Positions 8,230 through 18,213 of a DNA stretch of 64,000 bases are shown in pieces (positions within the stretch are counted from its first letter, which is position 1; each line of letters starts with the position of its first letter). The notes under the pieces are model-generated. The model was not told the origin of the DNA. It was given only the letters and a program-made list of their open reading frames with translations, and did not search any database. Made by a program: the position numbers and the translations under genes. Origin of the DNA: an uncultured Bryobacter sp. (GTDB lineage: Bacteria; Acidobacteriota; Terriglobia; Bryobacterales; Bryobacteraceae); assembly GCA_964494515.1 (NCBI GenBank), contig CAZBTA010000001.1:14408-78407 (forward strand), read 5' to 3'.

Positions 8230-10376
8230 CTGTTATCGCGAGTACGTGCCACCGTGGTCTGCGCGGCCAGCATTTTGCCCGCCGCCTCCGCCGTCAGTGG
8301 TGGGGCATACAGATAGCCCTGCCCAAAGCCACAACCCAGATTGCGCAGCTCATCGGCTTGCAGCCGCGTCTCAATCCCCTCCGCCACCACATGCAGCCCC
8401 AGGCTGCCCGCCAGCAGAATAATCGCGCGCACGATCTCATAGGCGGCATGATCTTCCACCATCGAGCTGATGAACGAACGATCGATCTTGAGCGTATCGA
8501 ACGGCAGCTTGTGCAGGTAGCTGAGCGATGAGTAGCCGGTGCCGAAGTCATCGATCTTCAACCCCACACCCATCTGTCGCAGCTCGGTCACCAGTTCCAG
8601 GGCCTGCGCCGGGTCCTGCACCAACACGCTCTCGGTCACTTCAAACTGCAGCGTGGCGGGCGGAATCTGCGTCTCGGAGAGAATCTTGCGGATCTCCTCG
8701 AGCAGATGCCGGTCCTGGAACTGCCGCACGCTCAGATTCACGCTGATCTCAAGAGGCTTTGGCTGCGGGAACATCTCCTGCCAGCGCTTTACCCGTTCGC
8801 AAGCCTCACGCACCGCACGGATGCCGATCGGAATGATCAGGCCACTTTCTTCGGCGATCTGGATGAAGTTGCGCGGGGGGATGATGCCCTTCACCGGATG
8901 TCGCCACCGCAGCAGCGCCTCAAAGCCGATGATGCGTTCGGTCTGGAGATCCACCTTGGGCTGGTAGTAAAGCTCAAATTCCCATTGCTCGATGGCCCGC
9001 TTCAGCTCGTTCTCAAACGACATGCGCTCGAGTACGTTCTCGCGCATCTCGCGGTCGAACTGCACGATACGATTGCCGCCATCACTGCGCGCCGAATGCA
9101 GCGCAATCTCGGCATCGCGCCAGATCTCGTCGGCCCGGCGCCGATCCTCGCGCAAGACAAACCCGAGGCTTGTGGACAAGAACAGCTCGCTGCCCTGCAG
9201 CCAGATGCCTTTGGCCATGACTGATTGCAGCCGTTCGGAGATCAGGTATGCCGTTTCGGCGGATTGAATGCCCGGCAGCGCAATCGCAAACTCATCATCA
9301 CTGACGCGCGCCAGCAGCCACTCGCGGCTCGAGCGATCGCCCGCCGTCAGCGAATCGCGCAAGCGCTCGCCGGCCAGGCGCAGCAACTGATTGGCCACGC
9401 TCTGTCCCAATGAATCGCGGATCAGGCCAAAACGATCGATGCCCACCAGAAACAGGGCCAGGCCCATATCCTCGCAATCTTGATGAACGTCTTCGAGCCA
9501 GTCCTCAAACTGAAAGCGATTGGCGAGGCCGGTAACCGGGTCCATCGTTTTCGCCTCGGTGATGTCCGTGTGCGAGCCGCTGATCGCAATGATGTCGCCA
9601 AACTCGTCACGCTCCAGCCGCCCGCGCAGCAGCACCCAGCGCCAGCCCCCGTCACGATGGCGCAGGCGGAACTCGAAGTTGAGTTCCTCTGGCAGCGCGC
9701 GCCAGTCGTTGCCACTCATGGCCGAGCTGAGCCGAGAAAGATCGAGCGGATGAATCAACGTCAGGCATTCATCGAGCGTGCCGCTCACCTCGCTTGCGCT
9801 AAAGCCACACAGATTGCGAAAGTTCTGGCTGAAGTCGATCGTGCGGGTGCGCAGATCGAGCCGCCACAGATCCTGCGCATGAACGGTTTGCTTGTGTTGC
9901 TCGAGCAACAGCTCGGCATGACGCCGGTCTGACGCCATCTGAAAGCCCATTGCCGAATCATGCAGGGCGCGCCGGGCCTTGCCGGCGACGAGATCCCAAT
10001 CCCAGGGAGTGGAAAAGAAGTCCTGCGCCCCAATGCCGAGCGCGTCATAGACATTCTGGCGGTGATACTCAAGGCAGGCAATGAAGATCGGCAAGGGCCG
10101 GTTGCCCTCGGCTTCGAGAAACGCCGTAATGGCGCGCGCCAGATCCCGATGCCAACAATCTGAAAGTAGAACCACCAGGCCGAGCGGTGTGCCCAGTTTG
10201 CGACATTCTTCTGCCACGGCCAGGGCTTCTTCGGCGCTCTGACAGGCAAAAACGGCGTCGTTGAGCTGCGACAGGAAGTCCCGCCAGTCGCTGACTGGCA
10301 GGGCTCTCCCCAGCTCATGGGGAAGGCTAAGCAAGAGTACCGGCATTTCCGGCAGTTCGAATCGGGATCCTTCCAC
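8226..10376 (-). CDS. Signalling protein: REC-like N-terminus, PAS, degenerate GGDEF, EAL (probable c-di-GMP phosphodiesterase)
   Basis: 716 aa. The GGDEF position reads ARVSDDEFAIAL (GG replaced by SD). EAL-domain motifs are intact (FEALLRW, DDFGTGYSSLSYL, KIDRSF, EGIE). Confidence 0.85.
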   Translation of the reverse strand: MEGSRFELPEMPVLLLSLPHELGRALPVSDWRDFLSQLNDAVFACQSAEEALAVAEECRKLGTPLGLVVLLSDCWHRDLARAITAFLEAEGNRPLPIFIACLEYHRQNVYDALGIGAQDFFSTPWDWDLVAGKARRALHDSAMGFQMASDRRHAELLLEQHKQTVHAQDLWRLDLRTRTIDFSQNFRNLCGFSASEVSGTLDECLTLIHPLDLSRLSSAMSGNDWRALPEELNFEFRLRHRDGGWRWVLLRGRLERDEFGDIIAISGSHTDITEAKTMDPVTGLANRFQFEDWLEDVHQDCEDMGLALFLVGIDRFGLIRDSLGQSVANQLLRLAGERLRDSLTAGDRSSREWLLARVSDDEFAIALPGIQSAETAYLISERLQSVMAKGIWLQGSELFLSTSLGFVLREDRRRADEIWRDAEIALHSARSDGGNRIVQFDREMRENVLERMSFENELKRAIEQWEFELYYQPKVDLQTERIIGFEALLRWRHPVKGIIPPRNFIQIAEESGLIIPIGIRAVREACERVKRWQEMFPQPKPLEISVNLSVRQFQDRHLLEEIRKILSETQIPPATLQFEVTESVLVQDPAQALELVTELRQMGVGLKIDDFGTGYSSLSYLHKLPFDTLKIDRSFISSMVEDHAAYEIVRAIILLAGSLGLHVVAEGIETRLQADELRNLGCGFGQGYLYAPPLTAEAAGKMLAAQTTVARTRDNS

Positions 10377-10409
10377 TTCCCTGTCCTCATCGGACAGGTT
10401 GATGATCCT

Positions 10410-12260
10410 TTAGAGAACTACACGTTGATCGCCGACCCGGCGAGTGATTTTCTCGCGATCGAAGTACTCAAGCAGCGGAATCGCGTACTTGCGGGAGACC
10501 GATGTCCAGTCTTTAAACTCCACAACGCCGAAGGTCTGCCCCTTGCGCTGCTTGAGCATCTCCCTCAGGTCACTGAGTGGACTAGAGTGAAACACCAGTT
10601 CCTGGCCTACGCGAACCAGCTTGCCCGCTCGCAGCAACACTGCGAGGACGGCCTTGGCGCGCGAGGTTTCCATGCCGGTCGAACGCAACACCTCATCCAC
10701 CGCTGGCACGGCGAGGCCCGCATCGAGAAAGGCCTTCTCGATCGTTTGCGAGGCGGCATCGTCCGCCCCGGCCAGTTGCACTTTGTGGCTTTCGAGCCGC
10801 AGCAGGTCGCCCTCAGCCTTTACAGCCGGGGCCAGTCGCAGCAATGCGTCCATTACGCCGGCGGGCGCGCCCGCCAGCAGGCCACTGCGCAACGCCTCAC
10901 GCGAAAGACCAGGCTCGAGCGGATGCTCGCGGTGATACTCGCGCAGGCGATCCACCAGTTGTCTGGCGATGGGTTTCAGGTTGGCAGTTGCCACCAGCCA
11001 GTTGCCGATCGTGAGGGCTTCCGCTGGCATGGTGGCCGGCAGAGTTCCAAGCCGGCGCCGGGCATCCACCAGCGCCATGCCCATCGGGCGCTCATTGAGC
11101 AGCGTCAGCAGCCGTTGCGCTTCACTGGCGCTCTGCCACTGGCGCAGGCGCTCGACGGCGCCCTTGCGCCGCATGCGTACGGCATCAGGATGCAGTTCGA
11201 GCACACTGCCGCCGGCGATGGTGATCACCGGTGAGAAGCTGCGCAGGATAAAGCGATCCCCGGGCAGGATCAGCGTCGGCGCTTCCAGCACAACTCGGGC
11301 AAAGGCGGATTGGCCCGGCTCGATTACGCGCCGCTCGTCGAGCACGCGGATCTCGGCCAGCGATTCCATGGTTCCGGTATGAAAATGCACCCGGGCCCGG
11401 TCGCGTATGGCGCGTGCGCTCGAGAGCAACTGGATCTCGGCGTCAAACACGCGCACGGGTTCAAACAGATCGCCTGGCGCGGCCACCAGCCCACGGGTGA
11501 CATCGCTAGCCTCAATGCCGGCAAGATTGACGGCTGTGCGTTGACCGGCAAAGGCTTCCTTTACGGCGGCCCCATGCACCTGCAACCCCCGCACCCGCAC
11601 GCGTCGCCCTGAAGGATACAGTTCGACTTCGCTTTCAACGGCAAGCTTGCCTTCGCGCAAAGTGCCCGTTACGACCGTGCCATGGCCCTTCATTACAAAG
11701 GCGCGATCAATCGGCAGCCGTGGTGGCCGCTGGGTGTCACGGGCGGAAAGACCACTGGCGGCACTTGTAATCGCGGCGAGCAACGCCTCCATGCCAAGGC
11801 CCGTTACGGCGCTTACCGGAATGGCTGGCGCGCCCTCAAGAAAGCTGCCGCGCACAAAATCCTCAAGCTCAAGCCGCACCAGCGTCAGCCATTCTTCGTC
11901 GACAAGATCCGCCTTGGTAATGGCGATCACGCCACGCTCGAGGCCGAGCAACCGGCAGATCTCAAAGTGTTCTCGCGTCTGGGGCTTGATCGCCTCATCG
12001 GCGGCGACCACAAACAGCACAACGTCAATCCCGCTCACTCCGGCCAGCATGTTGCGCACAAAACGCTCATGGCCGGGCACATCGATAAAGGCGATGTTGG
12101 GGCCCTTGGCGGGTTTGAAATTGGCAAACCCGAGGTCGATCGAGATGCCGCGTTCCTTCTCTTCTTTGAGGCGATCGGTGTCGATGCCGGTGAGCGCCTT
12201 GACGAGCGTGGTCTTGCCGTGGTCGATATGCCCAGCGGTGCCGACGATAATGTTCTTCAT
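10410..12260 (-). CDS. selB: Selenocysteine-specific translation elongation factor SelB
   Basis: 616 aa. [46 protein letters not shown] is the G domain. The long C-terminal winged-helix extension ends ...KYAIPLLEYFDREKITRRVGDQRVV, as expected for a SECIS-binding domain. Confidence 0.9.
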   Translation of the reverse strand: MKNIIVGTAGHIDHGKTTLVKALTGIDTDRLKEEKERGISIDLGFANFKPAKGPNIAFIDVPGHERFVRNMLAGVSGIDVVLFVVAADEAIKPQTREHFEICRLLGLERGVIAITKADLVDEEWLTLVRLELEDFVRGSFLEGAPAIPVSAVTGLGMEALLAAITSAASGLSARDTQRPPRLPIDRAFVMKGHGTVVTGTLREGKLAVESEVELYPSGRRVRVRGLQVHGAAVKEAFAGQRTAVNLAGIEASDVTRGLVAAPGDLFEPVRVFDAEIQLLSSARAIRDRARVHFHTGTMESLAEIRVLDERRVIEPGQSAFARVVLEAPTLILPGDRFILRSFSPVITIAGGSVLELHPDAVRMRRKGAVERLRQWQSASEAQRLLTLLNERPMGMALVDARRRLGTLPATMPAEALTIGNWLVATANLKPIARQLVDRLREYHREHPLEPGLSREALRSGLLAGAPAGVMDALLRLAPAVKAEGDLLRLESHKVQLAGADDAASQTIEKAFLDAGLAVPAVDEVLRSTGMETSRAKAVLAVLLRAGKLVRVGQELVFHSSPLSDLREMLKQRKGQTFGVVEFKDWTSVSRKYAIPLLEYFDREKITRRVGDQRVVL

Positions 12261-13182
12261 GAGGCTCGTGGTTTCCTTATTGTGTCTGATCGGCCTTGGT
12301 GCGGGTCAACAGGCGGATGAGGTTTCGTTCCGTTCTCGCGTGACACAAGTGCGGCTGGACATCCTCGCGAGCGACGGCAAAGGGCCCGTGACGACGCTGA
12401 CGGCCGAAGATCTCGTCATTGAGGACGAGGGCCAGCCGGTCAAGATCAGCTACTTTGGCCGCGATGAGGCCGCCCTCAATGTGTTGCTGCTGATGGATGT
12501 GTCGGGGTCGATGCGGGAGTTCTCCAAGCAGATCGCCACTCGTGCCCGCACCCTGCTCGGTGACCTCAAAAGCAAAGACAAAGTGGGCGTGATGATCTTC
12601 GCCAAGGAGTCGGATTACCTGATGCCGTTTACGAGCAACATGGATCGCGCCTCCAACGCCATCGATCAGGCGCTACGTCCGGGCCTTTTGCCCTCGGGCA
12701 CTTCGATCAATGCCGCGCTCATCGACGCGGGGCAAGCCTTTGTCGAGAATGCAAAGTTGGACGGCCATCGCGCCATCTTCATCCTCACCGACAACAAAGC
12801 GCTCAACTACAAGGTTCCCGACGACGACGTGCTCAAGAAACTGTTTGAGGCCGATGCGGTGCTGAATTCCATTGTGACCAGGAACGCCGAGCCGCCCAAG
12901 CCAGTGAAGGATCCCTCCTCGCGCAACCCGGACTTCACCTGGTCAGACGTCTTCAAGCTCTCGGCCGAAACGGGCGGCGAGGTGCTGCGGACGGATCGCG
13001 CCGACGAGGCATTCTCGCGGCTGCTGGCGAATCTGCGCGAGCGCTATCTCATCACCTATAACGCCCCGGATGCGCCGGCCAACCAGTTTCGCCGCATTCG
13101 CGTAACCCTCAGCAAGCAGGGACAAAAGAAGCACGGCAAGCTCATCATCCGCGTGCGTTCCGGCTACTACACTAGATCGTGA
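12259..13182 (+). CDS. Secreted VWA-domain protein (acidobacterial VWFA-related type)
   Basis: Only the distal part of track ORF 11647-13182 is credible; the upstream part is antisense to sel[19 protein letters not shown] is a signal peptide. [10 protein letters not shown] is a MIDAS-like DxSxS motif. Confidence 0.75.
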   Translation: MRLVVSLLCLIGLGAGQQADEVSFRSRVTQVRLDILASDGKGPVTTLTAEDLVIEDEGQPVKISYFGRDEAALNVLLLMDVSGSMREFSKQIATRARTLLGDLKSKDKVGVMIFAKESDYLMPFTSNMDRASNAIDQALRPGLLPSGTSINAALIDAGQAFVENAKLDGHRAIFILTDNKALNYKVPDDDVLKKLFEADAVLNSIVTRNAEPPKPVKDPSSRNPDFTWSDVFKLSAETGGEVLRTDRADEAFSRLLANLRERYLITYNAPDAPANQFRRIRVTLSKQGQKKHGKLIIRVRSGYYTRS

Positions 13183-14732
13183 TGCCTGAAAACAAAGCCG
13201 CTGCTGAACTCGAGCGCCGTCGTGCGAGCGCCAAGCTGGGAGGCGGCCCAGAGCGCCTCCACAAGCAAAAGCAAAATGGCCGCCTGACGGCACGGGAACG
13301 CGTGGACTTTCTGCTCGACGAGGGCACTTTTGAAGAGCTCGATACGTTTGTGCGCCATCGCGCCACCGATTTCGGCATGGCCGAGCAGGTGTTTGATGGC
13401 GACGGGTTTGTCACCGGCTGGGGCTACATCCACGGTCGCCTGGTGTACGTCTTTGCGCAAGATTTCACGGTGCTGGGCGGCTCGCTGTCAGAAACTAACG
13501 CCCAGAAGATCTGCAAGATTATGGACCTCGCCCTCAAGAACGGCGCGCCTGTGATCGGCCTCAATGATTCCGGCGGGGCGCGCATCCAGGAAGGCGTTGT
13601 CTCGCTGGCCGGCTATGCGGATATCTTCCTGCGCAATACGCTCGCCTCGGGGGTGGTGCCGCAGATCTCGGCGATTCTGGGGCCATGCGCCGGTGGTGCG
13701 GTGTATTCTCCGGCGCTTACCGACTTCATTTTCATGGTGGATGGCACCTCGCACATGTTTGTCACCGGGCCGGACGTCATCCGCACCGTAACGCATGAGG
13801 AGGTGAGCAAAGAAGACCTTGGCGGCGGCATGACCCACAATGCCACCTCGGGCGTTGCACATTTTCTCGCGGCCTCGGATCAGGATTGCCTGCGGCAGGT
13901 GCGGCGCGTGTTTGAGTTTCTGCCGCAGAACAATCGCGATGAGGCGCCACGCAAGCCCACGGAAGACCCCGCCGACCGCATGGATTCCGCCCTCGACAGC
14001 GTGGTGCCGGAGGAATCGAACGTCCCCTACGACATTAAGGACATCATCACGCGCGTGGTCGACGATGGCGATTTCTGCGAGGTGCACGAACACTTCGCGA
14101 GAAACATCGTGACGGGGTTCGCGCGTCTTGATGGGCAGACGGTTGGTATTGTCGCTAATCAGCCCGCGGTGCTGGCCGGTTGCCTCGATATCAATTCGAG
14201 CGTGAAGGGGGCGCGATTTGTGCGTTTCTGCGATGCCTTCAACATCCCGATCATTACCTTTGAGGACGTGCCGGGTTTTCTGCCGGGCACCGAGCAGGAG
14301 TTTGGCGGTATCATCCGCCACGGCGCCAAGCTGCTGTACGCCTACGCGGAAGCCACCGTGCCCAAGATCACGGTGATCACGCGCAAGGCCTATGGCGGCG
14401 CGTATTGCGTGATGGGGTCCAAGCACCTCCGCACCGACATCAATCTCGCTTATCCCACGGCCGAAATTGCCGTGATGGGCGCCGAAGGGGCCGTCAATAT
14501 TGTGTACCGCAACGAGATCGCCCGTGCGTCAAACGCACAGGAGTTGAGGACCGAGAAGGTGCAAGAATTCAAAGAAAAGTTCGCCAACCCCTTCGTGGCC
14601 GCCGAACGCGGCTATGTAGACGACGTCATCCTGCCCCGAGAAACGCGTCCGCGCCTGATCCGTGCCTTGCGCATGCTTGAGAACAAGGTGGATACGATGC
14701 CGCGCAAGAAACACGGCAATATCCCGCTGTAG
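13179..14732 (+). CDS. Acyl-CoA carboxylase carboxyltransferase (beta) subunit (propionyl-CoA carboxylase / methylmalonyl-CoA carboxyltransferase family)
   Basis: 517 aa. [38 protein letters not shown] and GGAYCVM are typical of the carboxyl_trans family. Confidence 0.9.
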   Translation: MMPENKAAAELERRRASAKLGGGPERLHKQKQNGRLTARERVDFLLDEGTFEELDTFVRHRATDFGMAEQVFDGDGFVTGWGYIHGRLVYVFAQDFTVLGGSLSETNAQKICKIMDLALKNGAPVIGLNDSGGARIQEGVVSLAGYADIFLRNTLASGVVPQISAILGPCAGGAVYSPALTDFIFMVDGTSHMFVTGPDVIRTVTHEEVSKEDLGGGMTHNATSGVAHFLAASDQDCLRQVRRVFEFLPQNNRDEAPRKPTEDPADRMDSALDSVVPEESNVPYDIKDIITRVVDDGDFCEVHEHFARNIVTGFARLDGQTVGIVANQPAVLAGCLDINSSVKGARFVRFCDAFNIPIITFEDVPGFLPGTEQEFGGIIRHGAKLLYAYAEATVPKITVITRKAYGGAYCVMGSKHLRTDINLAYPTAEIAVMGAEGAVNIVYRNEIARASNAQELRTEKVQEFKEKFANPFVAAERGYVDDVILPRETRPRLIRALRMLENKVDTMPRKKHGNIPL

Positions 14733-14767
14733 TATTCTCATTGAGGAACCACATTCGGAGTAGACCC

Positions 14768-15961
14768 ATGAAAAATCTTGTACGGAACCTGGTGGGCTGG
14801 AGTGCTGCACTCGCCCTGTTCCTTGGCCTGAGCGCCACCCCCGCTTTCTCGCAGACCGGTGCCATTGAAGGTAAAGTGACCGGCGCCGACGGCAAGCCCG
14901 TCGGCAAGGACGTCGCGCTGATTCAGATCGTGCGCACCGACATTAAGGGCAACTATAAGGTAAAGACCAACAAGAAGGGTGAATTCTTCCACGCTGGTCT
15001 TCCGCTCGGCACCTATGACGTGTCGTGCGAAATCGACGGCAAAGTGGTGGATTCGCTGAAGGGCGTCCGTATGCGCCTCGGTGACCCCGTGCCGGTCAAC
15101 TTCGACCTCGCCAAGATCGCCGCCCAGCAGGCCGCCATGCAGAAGGCTGCTGAATCCGGCACCGTGACCCAGGAAATGGCGCGCGACATGACTCCCGAAC
15201 AGAAGGCCGCTCTCGAAAAGCAGGCCAAGGAACGCTCGGAAGCCATGAAGAAGAACAAGGAACTGAACGACGCCTTCAACGGCGGTATGGAAGCGATGAA
15301 GGCCAACAACTTCGACGCGGCCATCCAGTCGTTTGAAAAGGCCGCCGCCCTCGACGCCAACCAGCACGTGATCTTCGGTCAGCTGGCTGACGCCTACGGT
15401 GGGCTCGCCAAGACGAAGACTGGCGACGAGAAGAACGCCCTCAATGCGAAGTCGCTCGAAGCGTTCCAGAAGGCGATTGCCCTCAAGGGTGATGACGCCG
15501 CCTACTACAACAACTATGCGCTGGCGCTCGCCCGCTCGGGCAAGTTCCCCGAAGCGCAGGAGAACCTTGGCAAGGCCGCTCAGCTCGACCCCGCTGGCGC
15601 TGGTCGTTACTACTACAACCTCGGCGCGCTGCTGGTGAATGCAGGCCAGAACGAGCCGGCTGGCGAAGCCTTCAAGAAGGCCATCGAAGCCGACCCCAAC
15701 TACGCTGACGCTCACTACCAGCTCGGCATCTACCTCACCGGCAAGGCGCAGGTGGATACCAAGACGGGCAAGATGACCTTCCCCGATGGCACGGCGGCTG
15801 CGTTTGAAAAGTACCTCTCGCTGAAGCCGGATGGCCAGTTTGCCACCAGCGCCAAGGCGATGATCGAAACCATGGGTGGCACGGTGCAGACGACCTACAC
15901 CAACCCGGATGCCAAGAAGTCGGCTCCGGCCGCCGCTCCGGCCAAGAAGAAGAAGAACTAA
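14768..15961 (+). CDS. Secreted CarboxypepD_reg-like plus TPR-repeat protein
   Basis: The start is moved to MKNLVRNLVGWSAALALFLGLSATPAFSQ (signal peptide). GAIEGKVTGADGKPV...GTYDV is a carboxypeptidase-regulatory-like fold. TPR-like repeats follow (AIQSFEKAAALDANQ, AFKKAIEADPNYADAHYQLG). The tail is Lys-rich. Confidence 0.75.
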   Translation: MKNLVRNLVGWSAALALFLGLSATPAFSQTGAIEGKVTGADGKPVGKDVALIQIVRTDIKGNYKVKTNKKGEFFHAGLPLGTYDVSCEIDGKVVDSLKGVRMRLGDPVPVNFDLAKIAAQQAAMQKAAESGTVTQEMARDMTPEQKAALEKQAKERSEAMKKNKELNDAFNGGMEAMKANNFDAAIQSFEKAAALDANQHVIFGQLADAYGGLAKTKTGDEKNALNAKSLEAFQKAIALKGDDAAYYNNYALALARSGKFPEAQENLGKAAQLDPAGAGRYYYNLGALLVNAGQNEPAGEAFKKAIEADPNYADAHYQLGIYLTGKAQVDTKTGKMTFPDGTAAAFEKYLSLKPDGQFATSAKAMIETMGGTVQTTYTNPDAKKSAPAAAPAKKKKN

Positions 15962-15980
15962 CTCCAGTTCTCAACACCAA

Positions 15981-16014
15981 TGCAAAAGGCGCCCACTGCG
16001 GGCGCCTTTTGCAT
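15981..16014 (+). terminator. Intrinsic terminator
   Basis: Perfect hairpin TGCAAAAGGCGCCC-actgc-GGGCGCCTTTTGCA followed by TTTGG. Confidence 0.75.
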
Positions 16015-16040
16015 TTGGTAGCATCAGTGGCCAGAACGCG

Positions 16041-16856
16041 ATGCAAACACATCTGGCTTTGCGCAAGCTGAGCGAAACCGAGCGGCCCGACAAGGATGTC
16101 GAGGCGCTATTGGCCACCGCGCCGGAGCGCCGGGCGGTGCTGTTCATTCACGGATACTCGGGACGCCCGGTCAAGACGTGGCGGCAGTTTGACCAGCTCT
16201 TGCCCGGCTGTGGCGATTGCGCCAACCGTGACCTTTTCTTCTATGGCTACGACGGCATTCGCGCTGACATGCTGGCCAGCGCGTCGCTGTTTCGCGACTT
16301 TCTGGATCGTCTGCTGACTGCTCCCGCCGATTTGCTCAATGCGGTTCTGCCAGCGTCCGCCAAGCGCCCCGCCAGCTTTGGGTACGACGAGATCGCGATC
16401 GTTGCCCATTCTCTTGGTGCGGTCATCAGCCGCCGGGCGCTACTTGATGCCACACGGCTTGGCCGGCCCTGGGCCCCGCGCACGCGGCTGATTCTGTTCG
16501 CCCCGGCGCATTGTGGCGCCTCTGTGGCGGATCTTGCTCTCGAGACGGCCAGCGGCTTGCCGTTGCTGAGCTTCTTTGTCAGCGCCGCGCGTTTCACCTC
16601 GCCTCTCATCGATCAATTGCGACCTGATTCCGCCGAGCTCAAGGCGCTCCGCGAAGACACACTCGCGGCCGCCGCGGCGCATCCTCATCTGGTGGCGCGC
16701 AGCGTCTTTATCGCCGAGTACGAGAAGATCGTGCGCAACGAGACCTTCGCCCTCGATCCACCCCCGGTCGCCATTGCCGGCACAAATCACACCGATATCT
16801 GCAAGCCCAGCGCGGACAACCGCAAGCCGCTCGAGCTTTTGGTGAAGGCCTTATGA
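16041..16856 (+). CDS. Alpha/beta-fold hydrolase (lipase/esterase-like, DUF676/PGAP1-like flavour)
   Basis: The start is moved to MQTHLALRKL because the upstream part of the track ORF crosses the terminator. RAVLFIHGYSG is present. The nucleophile elbow is IVAHSLGA. The C-terminal GTNHTDICKP provides a candidate catalytic His. Confidence 0.7.
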   Translation: MQTHLALRKLSETERPDKDVEALLATAPERRAVLFIHGYSGRPVKTWRQFDQLLPGCGDCANRDLFFYGYDGIRADMLASASLFRDFLDRLLTAPADLLNAVLPASAKRPASFGYDEIAIVAHSLGAVISRRALLDATRLGRPWAPRTRLILFAPAHCGASVADLALETASGLPLLSFFVSAARFTSPLIDQLRPDSAELKALREDTLAAAAAHPHLVARSVFIAEYEKIVRNETFALDPPPVAIAGTNHTDICKPSADNRKPLELLVKAL

Positions 16857-17677
16857 ACATCGCGGTAGCAAACTTTGAAGATGTCGTCCGCATGGTGCGG
16901 CTCGAGGGCAAGCTCGACGAGTTGCTGCGCGACTATCGCGAGAAAGCCATCACCGATGCTGAGGAGATCGAACAGCGCGCGCGGCTCGATGCTTTTCTGA
17001 ACTCATGCGGCGTGCTCGAGATCTGCCTGCTGGCGGGCTTCATTCCGCCTCCGGACGATAGCGAGTTCTGGACGACGATCCGCGCCACGCTCAATCAGAA
17101 AGACGTTCGCCGCTACTACACCGATTTCTACCCCCAGCGTCTGCCGCAGCAGTTGCGCGCCCGTCTGGAAGACGTAGCAGCCGCCCCAATACTTCCGGTG
17201 CCATCAGAGCGCATCCTTGAATTCCTTGCGCTCGATCGCCAGTTTAGCGATGAGCTGGATGATGGCTATTTTCTGCGCATGGTCGATTCCTTCACGATTG
17301 GCGGCTGGGACCTCGACGATGTGCTTGGCTTGCTCCGCGACCCGGAAAACGCCATCGAGCGGCTTACCAAGCCCGACGACAAGCGCAAGGTGCCTGACCA
17401 GGCGCTGCTTGAATTCACGCTATTCCTCAATTTCGCGACCGAGCTTGAGCAACTGCTCGACCGCTGCTCTGATACGCCTGCGCTGGCCAAGGCCATCTGG
17501 AGCCAATATGCCTACTGGTTTGAGAATCTGCGCGATGAGCTTGAGGGCTCGCTCGCGGCTGCCTTTACCCATTTACGCAACTGGCGGCCGGTGGGCGAAC
17601 ATGTCGCCGCCGGCCGCCAGTTGCAGCAGTTTGTCGATCGGGCTGAAGCGACTTTACGACGCCTTGCGACGTACTAA
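16853..17677 (+). CDS. Hypothetical acidic, predicted all-helical protein (274 aa)
   Basis: The ATGA overlap with the hydrolase stop indicates translational coupling. Codon usage matches neighbouring genes. I recognise no family. Confidence 0.6.
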   Translation: MNIAVANFEDVVRMVRLEGKLDELLRDYREKAITDAEEIEQRARLDAFLNSCGVLEICLLAGFIPPPDDSEFWTTIRATLNQKDVRRYYTDFYPQRLPQQLRARLEDVAAAPILPVPSERILEFLALDRQFSDELDDGYFLRMVDSFTIGGWDLDDVLGLLRDPENAIERLTKPDDKRKVPDQALLEFTLFLNFATELEQLLDRCSDTPALAKAIWSQYAYWFENLRDELEGSLAAAFTHLRNWRPVGEHVAAGRQLQQFVDRAEATLRRLATY

Positions 17678-18199
17678 CGCTGTCGCAACAACCCCAGCCG
17701 CCGCCAGCATCCACGTGCCCGGCTCAGGCACTGCTTGCGCGCTGTATTCAAAAGTCGCCTCGCCTGAGCTCACAAAGCAATCGCTACAAGTCACCGGGTT
17801 GGCGGAGTACAGCTCATACTGGATCACCAGCGTCCCCGTGTTCACCGCGAACAGCAAAGCATTGGGGTCGATCGTATAGAAGCCCACGCCGGTCTGGTTC
17901 TCAAAGCTGAATGCCTCTTCCCACGCCGGGCTGCCCGGAGCCAGCGCAAAGTCCACCGGCCCACCGAGCAGGCCAATGCGGTCGACGTAGGTGTTGTTCA
18001 TCGGGCCGCTCTCAAGCAGCAGAAACGAGCCGACAAAGCTTGTGTAATAGGTCGGGTCTGGTGTGACGCGAAAGCCCCAGCCCACGGTCTGCCCGGGTTG
18101 TCCAGCGAGCGGGCTTGCGGCAGGCGTGAGTTCAATCAGTGGGGCGGCCGTAGCCACCCCACCGACAAGAAGCATGAGTGAAAGAACGAGTGATTTCAT
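17654..18199 (-). CDS. PEP-CTERM sorting-domain protein
   Basis: Signal peptide MKSLVLSLMLLVGGVATA. C-terminus VPEPGTWMLAAAGVVATALVRRKAS contains the PEP motif, a TM helix and a basic tail. Confidence 0.85.
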   Translation of the reverse strand: MKSLVLSLMLLVGGVATAAPLIELTPAASPLAGQPGQTVGWGFRVTPDPTYYTSFVGSFLLLESGPMNNTYVDRIGLLGGPVDFALAPGSPAWEEAFSFENQTGVGFYTIDPNALLFAVNTGTLVIQYELYSANPVTCSDCFVSSGEATFEYSAQAVPEPGTWMLAAAGVVATALVRRKAS

Positions 18200-18213
18200 G
18201 AATGTTTCCTCCG

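Noticed and set aside
11647-12258. N-terminal 204 codons of track ORF 11647-13182
   Set aside because: They are antisense to selB. The signal-peptide-bearing start at 12259 gives a sensible VWA protein.
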